Source: Niabella sp. (GTDB taxonomy: Bacteria; Bacteroidota; Bacteroidia; Chitinophagales; Chitinophagaceae). Taken from it: a DNA stretch of 64,000 bases. Of the stretch, positions 9,732-19,297 are shown in pieces. Under the pieces are notes generated by a model. It saw only the letters and a list, made by a program, of their open reading frames with translations, did not search any database and was not told where the DNA came from. Where the stretch lies: positions 15,403-79,402 of the forward strand of contig JAGIAQ010000001.1 in assembly GCA_017744795.1 (NCBI GenBank), in the 5' to 3' direction. The position numbers and the translations under genes were made by a program. The stretch's first letter is position 1. Each line of letters opens with the position of its first letter.

Positions 9732-11564
9732 TTAGTGCATCTTCCTCATCTTTAGCAATCCGGATAAAGGAACCTTTATCGAATTTATTCCTTTATTAAG
9801 ATGTATCGTACGCGATTCCACTAACTTCCCTTCACAGTTAAAAATTTCCGCCATAAATGTTCTGTTCTGTTGCAGGTTTATTTGTACCTCTTCAGTGGTT
9901 TTGGCATTGATAATATCCGCCTGTTGTATTTTATCATTTATTTCAACCGGCAGGTCTGCGTATAAACCAATGATCGTTTTATTGTTTTTTGTACTTATTA
10001 ATATGGGATAATTCAGTTCAGGATGAAAAGGTTTGAAATCGCCGTTTAGTAAAATGTCACGGTTGTGCAGCCAATAGCTGGTATAAAACCGGACCATATT
10101 CATTTGAGCTGTGGGTATTTCATTGAGCCTTACGGAAAGTTGCGGAACCGCAAAAAGTACATTCAAAAATTGCAGCGCGGCAATGGAAGCAGGTTCATCT
10201 TTATTCCAGGTAAGCATATCGGAATGAGTGGCAGAGGTTCCCGCCAGCAGCTTAACATCGGTAGTGCGAATGCGGTTGGCAATAGCGCCATCCGGACAAT
10301 CTCCTGCCCGGAACATATTGCCATACTTACGCATGGCCGGCCCTGTATAGGATTGACGGAATTCAATCAGGACCTCCGGGTTTACGGCAGTGAGCCTTTT
10401 TTTAATGCCCGCCATCAGTGTATCCACAGCATCATAAAGTGAGGCAATATCAGCGTCTTTTCCCGCTGGGGGAACAACGGTTTCCATACCGGTAAAACTG
10501 TCAATAAAGTCCAGCTTAAATCCATCTAACCCCCACTGCTTTTGAGCGGTTGCATATTTGTCAATAAGGAAAGCGCGCACATCCGGATACCGGGGATCCA
10601 ATATAGCCGCTGCCCGCCGGTCATTTTGAGAAAGATATTTTCCTTTGAATCGTTTATAAGCGTCTGCGTAGTAGCCGACAAACGGAACGGAATACCACAG
10701 CATGCATTTCATCCCTAATGCGTGTACCTTGCGTACAAATCCCGCCATATCCGGCAGCCGGTCCGGGTTCCAGTCGCCCGTGTAACCATAGCCCCTGATG
10801 GCTTTTGCCGTTTGCCAGCCGTCATCCACAATGATCGTTTCATAGCCCAGTTGTTTCGCTTTTGTACATTCATCCAGTAATTGTTGGGCGGTAAAATTCT
10901 GATGGTAGCTGTACCAGGTGGAATACATCGGCATTTTAGCCGTGGCGGGCGTTGCAGCCGGGTGGTAACGCGGCATTGCTGCCCACCAGCGGGATACGTT
11001 TTTAAGTACATCGGAATAAGGACCGGTACGGTCATCCAGCAAAAGCGTTACACTGTAGTCGCTTTGCAGATCGGACGCATTCAAAGAAACGGTTGCAGAG
11101 CAGTTTACCGCACTTTTTTCTTCGTCAATGCCTGCTGTTAGTGCACTTTGGTGCAGGGCATCGGACAGAGCAAATGTATGCCTGTTGGTGCTGTTAGAAC
11201 CAAATACGCATAATACAGGCGCATGACTGGAAATATTTGACTGGATCATTGACCGCATACGGGTAAAGCGGGTATCGTCGCTATTGCTTGTCCAGCATCC
11301 TACAATGTCTTTCATCGGTACCAGCCATGAAACGGAGAATTTATTAAAAGAACTGTCTGTTCTTTTGAATGTGAAGGTTATTTCGGTAACGCCCTCCTGA
11401 TCGGATTTCGTGCTGAGCGCCAGCCGGGCCCCCTTTAGGTCCTTTACCAAAAAAGTATATTTTCCGGCCGGAAATTCCTGCGCCTGAGCACGGACTAAAA
11501 CGAAAATTAAAAGGCAGAGTCCCAGGTATCTCGCAATGGTCCGATTGGGTATTTGTTTTTTCAT
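9732..11564 (-). CDS. GH36-like alpha-galactosidase (secreted)
   Basis: Signal peptide; YSTWY, IIVDDGW, MLWY, GFKLDF and FRAGD motifs of clan GH-D barrels. Confidence 0.8.
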   Translation of the reverse strand: MKKQIPNRTIARYLGLCLLIFVLVRAQAQEFPAGKYTFLVKDLKGARLALSTKSDQEGVTEITFTFKRTDSSFNKFSVSWLVPMKDIVGCWTSNSDDTRFTRMRSMIQSNISSHAPVLCVFGSNSTNRHTFALSDALHQSALTAGIDEEKSAVNCSATVSLNASDLQSDYSVTLLLDDRTGPYSDVLKNVSRWWAAMPRYHPAATPATAKMPMYSTWYSYHQNFTAQQLLDECTKAKQLGYETIIVDDGWQTAKAIRGYGYTGDWNPDRLPDMAGFVRKVHALGMKCMLWYSVPFVGYYADAYKRFKGKYLSQNDRRAAAILDPRYPDVRAFLIDKYATAQKQWGLDGFKLDFIDSFTGMETVVPPAGKDADIASLYDAVDTLMAGIKKRLTAVNPEVLIEFRQSYTGPAMRKYGNMFRAGDCPDGAIANRIRTTDVKLLAGTSATHSDMLTWNKDEPASIAALQFLNVLFAVPQLSVRLNEIPTAQMNMVRFYTSYWLHNRDILLNGDFKPFHPELNYPILISTKNNKTIIGLYADLPVEINDKIQQADIINAKTTEEVQINLQQNRTFMAEIFNCEGKLVESRTIHLNKGINSIKVPLSGLLKMRKMH

Positions 11565-11592
11565 ATATAAAAAAATCTGTTAACGTAGGACG

Positions 11593-13152
11593 TCATTTCT
11601 GCATGATTGCATTCGGGGCCACTTCGGCATTCCGGGTGTAAATCTTTTGAACGCCATTCCAATCATTATTCACCAGCAATATGCGGCTGGTGCGGGCATC
11701 GCGTAAATGCAGAAACAATGGGATCACTCCGGGAGCAATATACCCGGAGATAGAAAGGTTCTTTGTTGCATCGCACATAATGACCGGGCTTGTATTTTTC
11801 AGGGCGGGTGCCTGCAACTGATCGATCTTTATCTGCGTAGCATCACTAAAATAAAGCGCGGAACGGCTGTCTTCATGCTGTAACTGCAGCACCAGGTTAT
11901 CGATGGTCAGGTTTTTCACATGCCGCACAAACAGACCGTATGCAGGAAGCGTTGCGCCAAACATCCGGTTCTCCGGGTAGGCCTTTTCATTTTCGGGGAT
12001 TGTTGGGGCAGCGTCATGCGGACCTGCCATTCCGGGCGCTTCAATAAAAATATCTCTCAGCGTAACATTATCTACATAAAATCCGGGAACAGCCGTGATG
12101 CTGCTGGGAATGGGGCTGCAGGCCCGGGCAATTATATTGCTTATGATAATATTTCGAAGTGATCCTGTTGGATGGCTCCGGCTGCCTAATCGCATAAATA
12201 CCGGCGTTTGAACCCCCTCCATAGTAATATTGCTGATGCTGATGCGATCCATGGCCCCACCGTCTACCACTTCCAGAGCAATACCGGCCAGACCCGATAT
12301 AGAGTCAATTACTCCCAGGTTCTTTTTATTCCAGAACCGGAAATTTGATTCGGATGCCCTGCGAAGCGCACAGTTGGAAACCGCAATATTCTTAAAACCA
12401 CCCGCCGAGGCCGTACCCATTTTTATAAAATTGCAATTGGAGGCAATAACACAATTGGTAACGGTTACATTCTCGCAGATAAAAGGGCTGTCGCTCTTAA
12501 AACAAATGCCGTCGTCATCCGTATCGATCACGCAATTGCTGATCGTTACATTCCGGCTGTCAATATCAATCCCATCATTATTAAAATTGGCATGAGAATA
12601 AATGTGGATCCGGTCAATAACAACATCTTCGTCGTATAGCAGGTGGAGGCCCCAAAAGGCCGAGTTTTTAAGTGTTATCCCGGTAATACTTATTTTTTTC
12701 GATCGTTTAAACGAGATCAGTACCGGCCGGTCCGGCGCATTATCTCCTTTTAAAAAGGCACGACCGTTTCCATCAATTTCCCCTTCGCCGGAAAGGGCGG
12801 CATTGATGACCTCATAAGCGGTGATCAGCGCCTTTTCTCCTTTAGAAGTACCATAATCGTCCTTGCTGGCGCTGCCCCATAGTACGGCTCCTCGTTCAAG
12901 ATGGAGTTCAACATTGTCTTTGAGCGCAAGCATTCCCGTCAAAAATTTTCCAGTGGGGATCATTACCCGGCCGCCGCCCTCCCGGGAACACTGGTTGATC
13001 GCTTTTTGAATAGAAGCCGTAGCGATCGTTTTTCCATCGGGCAGGGCCCCGAAATCCCGGATATTGTAGTCTGCTGCTTCCGTTTTAGAAAACATGAAAA
13101 GCAGGCAACCCGCTGTTATTGTTTTTACGATGGCAATCAAATGGCTTTTCAT
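11593..13152 (-). CDS. GH28 family beta-helix glycoside hydrolase (divergent)
   Basis: Start refined to ATG 13152, giving a signal peptide. YNIRDFGALPDGKT, IPTGKFLTG, NNDGIDID and DDDGICFKS motifs. Confidence 0.85.
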   Translation of the reverse strand: MKSHLIAIVKTITAGCLLFMFSKTEAADYNIRDFGALPDGKTIATASIQKAINQCSREGGGRVMIPTGKFLTGMLALKDNVELHLERGAVLWGSASKDDYGTSKGEKALITAYEVINAALSGEGEIDGNGRAFLKGDNAPDRPVLISFKRSKKISITGITLKNSAFWGLHLLYDEDVVIDRIHIYSHANFNNDGIDIDSRNVTISNCVIDTDDDGICFKSDSPFICENVTVTNCVIASNCNFIKMGTASAGGFKNIAVSNCALRRASESNFRFWNKKNLGVIDSISGLAGIALEVVDGGAMDRISISNITMEGVQTPVFMRLGSRSHPTGSLRNIIISNIIARACSPIPSSITAVPGFYVDNVTLRDIFIEAPGMAGPHDAAPTIPENEKAYPENRMFGATLPAYGLFVRHVKNLTIDNLVLQLQHEDSRSALYFSDATQIKIDQLQAPALKNTSPVIMCDATKNLSISGYIAPGVIPLFLHLRDARTSRILLVNNDWNGVQKIYTRNAEVAPNAIMQK

Positions 13153-13301
13153 CTTAATATATCGTTGAGTAATTAAATCTATAGCAAGAATGGTCGGCGT
13201 GATTAAAAAGTATCTTCCTACCATAGCCCTGGGTGATTGAAACAAGAGCTTTTCGAATGCCCGGCTAATGATTAGCACGCAGCTTTTTGAGCAGCCCAGG
13301 G

Positions 13302-13309
13302 CAAAGCTA
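13302..13309 (-). promoter_or_regulatory. Bacteroidota -7 promoter element for the GH28-GH36 operon
   Basis: TAGCTTTG on the minus strand matches the TAnnTTTG consensus, ~150 nt upstream of the GH28 start. Confidence 0.55.
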
Positions 13310-13537
13310 CGGGGTGTTAATAAAAGTCAGGAACGCATTTACAGGCAAGTTGGCGCAAAGTTTAATTCTGTTCATTACCAATATCTTACCTTGTTACCCT
13401 CCAAAATCTGAAAAAGCAGCCAAAATATTTTCATAAAAAATAATGTAGCGCTCGCCGGCAGCGTAGCTACCGTTTTAAGAATTTCTTTTTAAGTTTACCG
13501 GCCGTTCTTTATTTGTTGAAATCAACGGCAGAACAAA

Positions 13538-14842
13538 ATGAAAACTCATAGTTATTTATCAAAATGCGTCGGGCTTATTGAAGAAAAGCTTAATTGGGGA
13601 GACCGGAACCAGTGGATCGACTATAATTTCAAAACCTTAAGTGACCAAATATATCAAGTTTCTAATATTACTATTAGCATCCGCACACTGAAGCGTATTT
13701 TTAAACCCGCCAATACTACGGAAGCGTCGTACGAACCGCAGATCGCTACTAAAAATGCATTAGCGCAGTTTTTAGGTTACCGTGACTGGATGCATTTTGT
13801 TAACGAATATTTCCAGGAACCGGGGGAATCCAATGGGCAGCCCGCACCTGCTGCTGTCTCAGGTAACGATCCGATAGCGCCCGTTGCTGTGGAAGCGGGG
13901 AGAAAACCGGCAAGAAAACGGATCATCCGCCTGATCATCGCCGGATCCGTGCTGTTGCTGGCGGTTGGTTTTATGATTGCCCGGGGGAAAAAGAAGGTTG
14001 CATTTTCCGTAATAAAAACAGGGGGCGCCGATTCGCATAACGCAGCACTTAGCTACGACATAAGCTCCATTAATTTTGATAATGCCATTATTGATTTTGA
14101 TAACGGTCAGTTCAAGTCGCTTTCCAGCAAAAAGGGAGAACTGGTTTTTTCTTATAAAACACCCAATTTTTACCGGATAAAGCTGATCTCAGATGGCAAA
14201 ATCCGCTCAACCGCTGAAATGGAGATCCCTTCAAACGGGTGGGTCTGTTATATTGGTAATAATGATGCCAATGCCCGGGTGATCGAAGACAGGCGGCTAT
14301 TTACAAAGGACGGTGCTTTATATTTTCCGCCTGCGGAAATAGCAAAGATAAATATTGATACCACCAGTGAATATTGGGCCGATTACCGGAATATAAAAGA
14401 TTTTCACCTGGATGGCGACAACTTTATTATGGAGCTTCGGTTGAAGAACAGCAAGCAAACCGGTGGGGTGGATTGTTTTGATACCTGTATTGAATGGGTT
14501 GGGGAAACCGGCAAAGGACGCTATAAATTCGTACGCCCGAATTGCACCGAATATGCGGACGCCCAGTTTGGCGATATGCAGGTTTCCGGAAGTTTTCATA
14601 ACCTCTCGGCACTGGGCACCGATTTATCCAACTGGACAACGATCCGGATTGAAGTAAAAGACAAACAGGGGATGGTGTTTGTAAACAACCATCCCAAATA
14701 TGCGTTGAAATATAATACGCCGATCGGCGATGTACGGGGCATTTTTTGTCGTTTTAAAGGATCCGGCGCCCTGGATTACGTCAAGATTTACAACCTTAAT
14801 AAACAGCTTGTTTACGATGATGAGTTTAATGCGGCAGATTGA
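13538..14842 (+). CDS. Uncharacterised bitopic membrane protein: N-terminal HTH-like domain, one TM helix, periplasmic beta-sandwich domains; candidate one-component regulator
   Basis: FKTLSDQI...ISIRTLKRIF helix pair; basic RKPARKR immediately before the hydrophobic IIRLIIAGSVLLLAVGFMIA (aa ~129-148); beta-rich C-terminus. CDS is clear; function is inferred. Confidence 0.6.
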   Translation: MKTHSYLSKCVGLIEEKLNWGDRNQWIDYNFKTLSDQIYQVSNITISIRTLKRIFKPANTTEASYEPQIATKNALAQFLGYRDWMHFVNEYFQEPGESNGQPAPAAVSGNDPIAPVAVEAGRKPARKRIIRLIIAGSVLLLAVGFMIARGKKKVAFSVIKTGGADSHNAALSYDISSINFDNAIIDFDNGQFKSLSSKKGELVFSYKTPNFYRIKLISDGKIRSTAEMEIPSNGWVCYIGNNDANARVIEDRRLFTKDGALYFPPAEIAKINIDTTSEYWADYRNIKDFHLDGDNFIMELRLKNSKQTGGVDCFDTCIEWVGETGKGRYKFVRPNCTEYADAQFGDMQVSGSFHNLSALGTDLSNWTTIRIEVKDKQGMVFVNNHPKYALKYNTPIGDVRGIFCRFKGSGALDYVKIYNLNKQLVYDDEFNAAD

Positions 14843-14956
14843 TATTGTTTAGATTTCCTGCATAGAATTACTTCCCCAAAATATATTTCCTCTTCGCGTC
14901 TTTGCGCCCTGGCGGTTAAAAAAACAACAAAGTCCAATATTTTTAGTTTTGTATTA

Positions 14957-14974
14957 CTAATTTTATTAGCTTTG
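14957..14974 (+). promoter_or_regulatory. recA promoter -7 element overlapped by a CTAA-N5-TTAG palindrome (candidate SOS operator)
   Basis: CTAA-TTTTA-TTAG at 14957-14969; TAGCTTTG at 14967-14974. Confidence 0.7.
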
Positions 14975-15025
14975 TGCTGTTGATAAGTTAATCAGACCGG
15001 ATATATTGAAATTGTAATTTTGATT

Positions 15026-16054
15026 ATGGCAAAAACAGAAAAAACTACAGAAATGGACACAAATAGCGAAAAACTGAAGGCGCTGCGGCTGACCATGGAT
15101 AAAATTGACAAGGATTACGGCAAAGGCAGTGTAATGATGATGAACGAGAAGGCCGAAGTGAACCAGGAAGTGATTTCCACCGGTTCTATCGGGCTGGACA
15201 CGGCGCTGGGCATTGGCGGGCTGCCGCGTGGCCGGGTTATTGAAATTTACGGGCCTGAATCTTCGGGTAAAACCACGATCGCTACCCATGTTATAGCAGA
15301 AGCCCAGAAAAAAGGCGGCATGTGCGCGATCATTGACGCGGAGCATGCTTTTGACAGCAACTATGCAAAGAAATTAGGGGTAAATGTTGATAATCTTTTG
15401 ATCTCCCAGCCTGATTATGGTGAGCAGGCGCTGGAAATTGCAGACCGGCTGATCCTTTCCGGGGCGTTGGACGTTGTGGTAATTGACTCTGTTGCAGCAT
15501 TGGTGCCCAAAAGTGAACTGGAAGGCGAAATGGGTGATAGCAAGATGGGGCTGCATGCCCGGCTGATGAGCCAGGCGCTGCGTAAACTTACTGCTACCAT
15601 TTCTAAAACCAATACGATTTGCATTTTCATTAACCAGCTGCGGGAAAAAATAGGGGTCATGTTCGGGAATCCGGAAACCACTACCGGTGGTAATGCCCTG
15701 AAGTTTTATGCTTCCGTACGTTTGGATATCCGCCGTTCGGCACAAATAAAAGATGGCGATAGCGCCATAGGAAACCGCGTGAAGGTAAAAGTGGTTAAAA
15801 ACAAGGTGGCGCCGCCCTTCCGCGCTGCGGAATTTGATATCATTTTTGGAGAAGGCGTTTCCAAAACCGGCGAGATCATTGATATGGGTGTGGAATTGAA
15901 TATCATCCAGAAAAGCGGGTCCTGGTATAGCTATAACAGTGATAAATTGGGTCAGGGCCGTGATGCGGTAAAATCGTTGTTACTGGACAACCCCGAATTG
16001 GCCGCTACCATTGAGGCCCAGATCCGGGAGAAGATCAAGGAAATGCAGGGATAG
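15026..16054 (+). CDS. recA: Recombinase RecA
   Basis: GPESSGKTT Walker A; [15 protein letters not shown] and [17 protein letters not shown] motifs. First ATG at 15026. Confidence 0.99.
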   Translation: MAKTEKTTEMDTNSEKLKALRLTMDKIDKDYGKGSVMMMNEKAEVNQEVISTGSIGLDTALGIGGLPRGRVIEIYGPESSGKTTIATHVIAEAQKKGGMCAIIDAEHAFDSNYAKKLGVNVDNLLISQPDYGEQALEIADRLILSGALDVVVIDSVAALVPKSELEGEMGDSKMGLHARLMSQALRKLTATISKTNTICIFINQLREKIGVMFGNPETTTGGNALKFYASVRLDIRRSAQIKDGDSAIGNRVKVKVVKNKVAPPFRAAEFDIIFGEGVSKTGEIIDMGVELNIIQKSGSWYSYNSDKLGQGRDAVKSLLLDNPELAATIEAQIREKIKEMQG

Positions 16055-16081
16055 TTTTTTAAATAGATATGGGTTAGTAAG

Positions 16082-16115
16082 AGCGCTGTACATAGGTACG
16101 GCGCTTTTCTTTTTT
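16082..16115 (+). terminator. Rho-independent terminator of recA
   Basis: AGCGCTGTAC-atag-GTACGGCGCT hairpin (one G-U pair) followed by a T-rich run. Confidence 0.8.
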
Positions 16116-16187
16116 CGGATCGCGCAACTTCTTTTTCTTTTTTCGAAACAGCATGCAGGAATTATCCGGATATTTTTGAAAAAAAAC

Positions 16188-16523
16188 ATGTGCAGCTTTA
16201 GAACACTTTATTACGGCGAAGAAGGCTACCTGATCGTTTGCGATGAGTGCCGGCATTTTCAACTGGCCTTTCAGACTTCGTTGTTTACGCTTACGGCGGG
16301 CGATCTTAAAATATTACATAGCCTCGTAAAGCAGCACCGGGAATATCATGACGGAGCACCGGGCTCTTTTCAAAAAAATATTTACATCCCAACACCGTTG
16401 GAAGGCTACGGGATGATCCTGGATATAAAAGAGCTGCAACTACTTTTTGAATTGCTTGAAACAGCCGAAATAAATTTTAAGACAATGGGACTGCTGGAGT
16501 TATTTAAACCGGCCCGGCGTTAA
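16188..16523 (+). CDS. Small DUF6686-like protein (111 aa)
   Basis: ATG 16188 lies after the recA terminator; MC...CDEC...FQLAF pattern. The longer ORF-track start overlaps recA and its terminator. Confidence 0.6.
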   Translation: MCSFRTLYYGEEGYLIVCDECRHFQLAFQTSLFTLTAGDLKILHSLVKQHREYHDGAPGSFQKNIYIPTPLEGYGMILDIKELQLLFELLETAEINFKTMGLLELFKPARR

Positions 16524-16565
16524 TTTTTGTATAGCCTGGTGAGGTTTATTTTAATCTGAAATTCC

Positions 16566-17735
16566 TTATATATTCTTTAAAATATTTTTCAGTTGGCTTA
16601 GATCGGCATCGTTTTCATATATTTTCTCTGCGCTGTCATAGATTATTTTTCCGTTCTTGTCAATGAGGCAAACCCTTGGCACCGGCCGGTTACCGTATTT
16701 ATTAATCAAATTATCGTCGTTATATATATTGATCCAGTTCATTTTCCATTTCTTAATTGCATTGGAATAGTCGCTGTCTTTTGATGATTTAAGCGCAACA
16801 GAAATGATTTTCAGGTCCCGGGATGCAAATTCATTGTTGATTTCGGCTATTGCGGGAATCTCTTTAACACATCCCCGGCACCAGGTTGCCCAAAAGTGAA
16901 GTAATACAAAATTTTTTCCCTTAAAATCTGACAAGCGTATTGTTTTGCCGTCAGCGGATCTTGAAACAAATTCGATAGCAGTTGAATTGCTTTTGAGCGG
17001 AAGCCTTCCGAAAAGCTGTTCCTTCAAATAGTTGCCTTCGTTGCTGTTTTTATACTTGTCGGGAAAAACAGTATTTAAAATATTTAAAAGAGTGTCAGGA
17101 GCAACGGCCTTAGTTGGTGCCACAAGATTGCAAAAAGCAAAAAAGGAGTAATAGGAATCAGGGGTCTTTAAGATGTATTCCATTCGTTTTTTGTTTACAT
17201 CTTTAAGCAAAACAGCGAAGTATTGGTGCGTAATTTCAGGATTTGTGTTGGCATCAATAATTGCCATATTTTTCTCCTCGAAAGCTGATGCCTTTTTCAT
17301 TTCGACAGAGGTATAAGCATCCATTTTTTCTTTTCTAAAGTCCTTACCCTTTTTAAAATCATATTTTTCAAAAGGAGAGGATCCTGTTGAATCTTGTTTC
17401 AGTATTAGGGTTGCTGGCTCCTCATCTAAGAAAAATCGTCTGCCCCACGTGTTTTCAGGGTGTCCTTTGCTTTTGGGATATTGCAGATCAATAGCCGCAT
17501 AGGTTGAGTAGTATGCCCCGGAAAATTGTAATGCACCATTGGGCGCGGACGTGTAATTTATTTTCTCAGTGTGCTTTCCGTCGTCTAAAAATGCAGTAAA
17601 CGAAGCTGCATCTACCCCGGCAGGTGGCGTCACGGTTAACCGGAATTGCTTTTGAGCATTAACAGCCGAAGTAACGAAAATGCACAGGACCAAAATAGAT
17701 ACAAGCTTAATTTCAATAGGAATGGATCTGATCAT
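16566..17735 (-). CDS. TlpA/AhpC-TSA family thioredoxin-like disulfide reductase
   Basis: Signal-like N-terminus from ATG 17735; C-terminal LSDFKGK..VLLHFWATWCRGC motif. Confidence 0.88.
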   Translation of the reverse strand: MIRSIPIEIKLVSILVLCIFVTSAVNAQKQFRLTVTPPAGVDAASFTAFLDDGKHTEKINYTSAPNGALQFSGAYYSTYAAIDLQYPKSKGHPENTWGRRFFLDEEPATLILKQDSTGSSPFEKYDFKKGKDFRKEKMDAYTSVEMKKASAFEEKNMAIIDANTNPEITHQYFAVLLKDVNKKRMEYILKTPDSYYSFFAFCNLVAPTKAVAPDTLLNILNTVFPDKYKNSNEGNYLKEQLFGRLPLKSNSTAIEFVSRSADGKTIRLSDFKGKNFVLLHFWATWCRGCVKEIPAIAEINNEFASRDLKIISVALKSSKDSDYSNAIKKWKMNWINIYNDDNLINKYGNRPVPRVCLIDKNGKIIYDSAEKIYENDADLSQLKNILKNI

Positions 17736-17785
17736 TACAGCGCTTTTTAATTTGTGCCGGAGCCGATCAAAAAATACGATCTGCG

Positions 17786-17827
17786 CCTCGCCACGAGGCG
17801 AGGGTCTGCTCCCGATTGCCATCGGGA
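17786..17827. repeat. REP-like double hairpin
   Basis: CCTCGCC-acga-GGCGAGG (17786-17803) and TCCCGAT-tgcc-ATCGGGA (17810-17827). Confidence 0.75.
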
Positions 17828-17935
17828 TGCGGGCCAACAATCCTTTTCACACTCAAGGGGTCCATGAAATTACGTATAATAAAAGAGGAGTTGCTTGAAA
17901 AATCCGTTAAAATAATTGTAACAGATCCCTCATAA

Positions 17936-19297
17936 CTAATTATCCTTTAATGTACTGGGCTCTACTGCCGGTTGCGGCAGTCCCAGGTTGGCGATTTCAG
18001 TATAAACAGATGCGCCGGGTTTAAAACCCCATTTCTTGAAAAAAGTAGTGAGGTTTTTGCCTGAGATGGTACAGGCTTTAAGCATAAAATAGCGCATCTT
18101 GTCTGCATCGGTCGACAGATTGGGCTTTTCGGCTCTGGTTTGCTTATGTAAAGTGATATAAAACGAATCGCCAAAGGCCAGCCAAAGCTGGTGGAACATA
18201 AATAACCGGGTAAAATTACCATCGGTCATTTGCGCATCTGAATTAAAATCTTTGCTGGTATCGGCAATGGCCAAAAAGTTCATGGCATTAGTTGTGGGAG
18301 TGCCTTTCAAACGCAGCGCGCCGGCACCATTGACGGCACGTTCTGCCGCCAGGGTGTAAATGTTAACGGTTACTTCACCCAGCGTAGACCATTTCCACGC
18401 TTGCTGCTGGTGCAGATGACCGAGCTCGTGCCAGGCCCCCCAGCCGTTATCGGTGATGTTTTTTGCCGTTAGCGCCTCGTTCAGCAGCCCGGGAGCAAAC
18501 CAGGTGCGATAAGAGCTGGCAACGCCCCAGATATTTTTGGCGTTTGAAACGGTCATCAGGATCTTATGCGTGGGCGGTGCATTTTCCGGCGTGGAATTAT
18601 CCATACCCGCGATATAGTTTTCTCCTTTTTCTACTCCTTTGTCGATCGTTTGAAGGATAAAATTGGCGTCTGCATTACTGGTACTCAGCGCCCGGCTTCT
18701 TTCAAAAACAAGGTAAGTAGTATTGTTGGCCAGAATGGCTGCCGGGGATTGGGTGTATTGATTCAGTTGCGCTGCCCAGTCGGTGGTTTGATCTTTTACA
18801 AACACCGGCGCCCGCACGGCGCCGCTCTTAAATGTAATGCGCACTTTGGCCGCCGGGGTTCCGGTAGTGGTAAACCGGATCCATAATAATCCGCCATATT
18901 GATCCGCCGTTATCGCATTGTCTCCCGCTGTAAGCTGCTCTGAACGCGGGTTCCAGCGCAGTGTGTCGAAAGAATACGTGCCTATCAGCAATTTGGGAAG
19001 TGCGGCGCCCGCCAATTGCGCCACATTAAGGGTTAAAGAAGTGTTGGGGGGAAGGTAATATCCTGTGGGTTCAAAATCGGACCAGATGAATCCCTGCCTC
19101 AGCCGGTCTATCGACTCTTTGGAACCATCAATACCTTCGTTAAAATCCTGGATGTTTGACCCCAATGAATAGGAGGGCACTGTGCTGTCTGCAGGTGTGG
19201 TGTGGATCATGGATGGTGTCGCTTTTTGGCAACCCTGAACCAGCATCCACAAAGGGAAAAGAAACAGATAACTTTTTCTAAACAGGAACAACCGCAT
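17936..19297 (-). CDS. Peptidase family M60 (M60-like glycopeptidase) lipoprotein
   Basis: Lipobox VQGC; FEPTGYY N-terminal M60 motif; GWGAWHELGHLHQ (HExxH) and GEVTVNIY. Confidence 0.9.
   Translation of the reverse strand: MRLFLFRKSYLFLFPLWMLVQGCQKATPSMIHTTPADSTVPSYSLGSNIQDFNEGIDGSKESIDRLRQGFIWSDFEPTGYYLPPNTSLTLNVAQLAGAALPKLLIGTYSFDTLRWNPRSEQLTAGDNAITADQYGGLLWIRFTTTGTPAAKVRITFKSGAVRAPVFVKDQTTDWAAQLNQYTQSPAAILANNTTYLVFERSRALSTSNADANFILQTIDKGVEKGENYIAGMDNSTPENAPPTHKILMTVSNAKNIWGVASSYRTWFAPGLLNEALTAKNITDNGWGAWHELGHLHQQQAWKWSTLGEVTVNIYTLAAERAVNGAGALRLKGTPTTNAMNFLAIADTSKDFNSDAQMTDGNFTRLFMFHQLWLAFGDSFYITLHKQTRAEKPNLSTDADKMRYFMLKACTISGKNLTTFFKKWGFKPGASVYTEIANLGLPQPAVEPSTLKDN

Noticed and set aside
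337-13348. TTGCCTG shared upstream of susC (337) and GH28 (13348, minus strand) as a possible operator
   Set aside because: Only 7 bp, at different distances from the -7 element (29 vs 39 nt); too weak without orthologue comparison.
16011-16187. Upstream in-frame extensions in the ORF track (also for GH28, TlpA, DUF4249, the MG2-like protein, sugar porter, GxxExxY and the last lipoprotein)
   Set aside because: They overlap neighbouring genes, terminators, repeats or promoters; downstream ATGs give clean signal peptides or family-typical N-termini.
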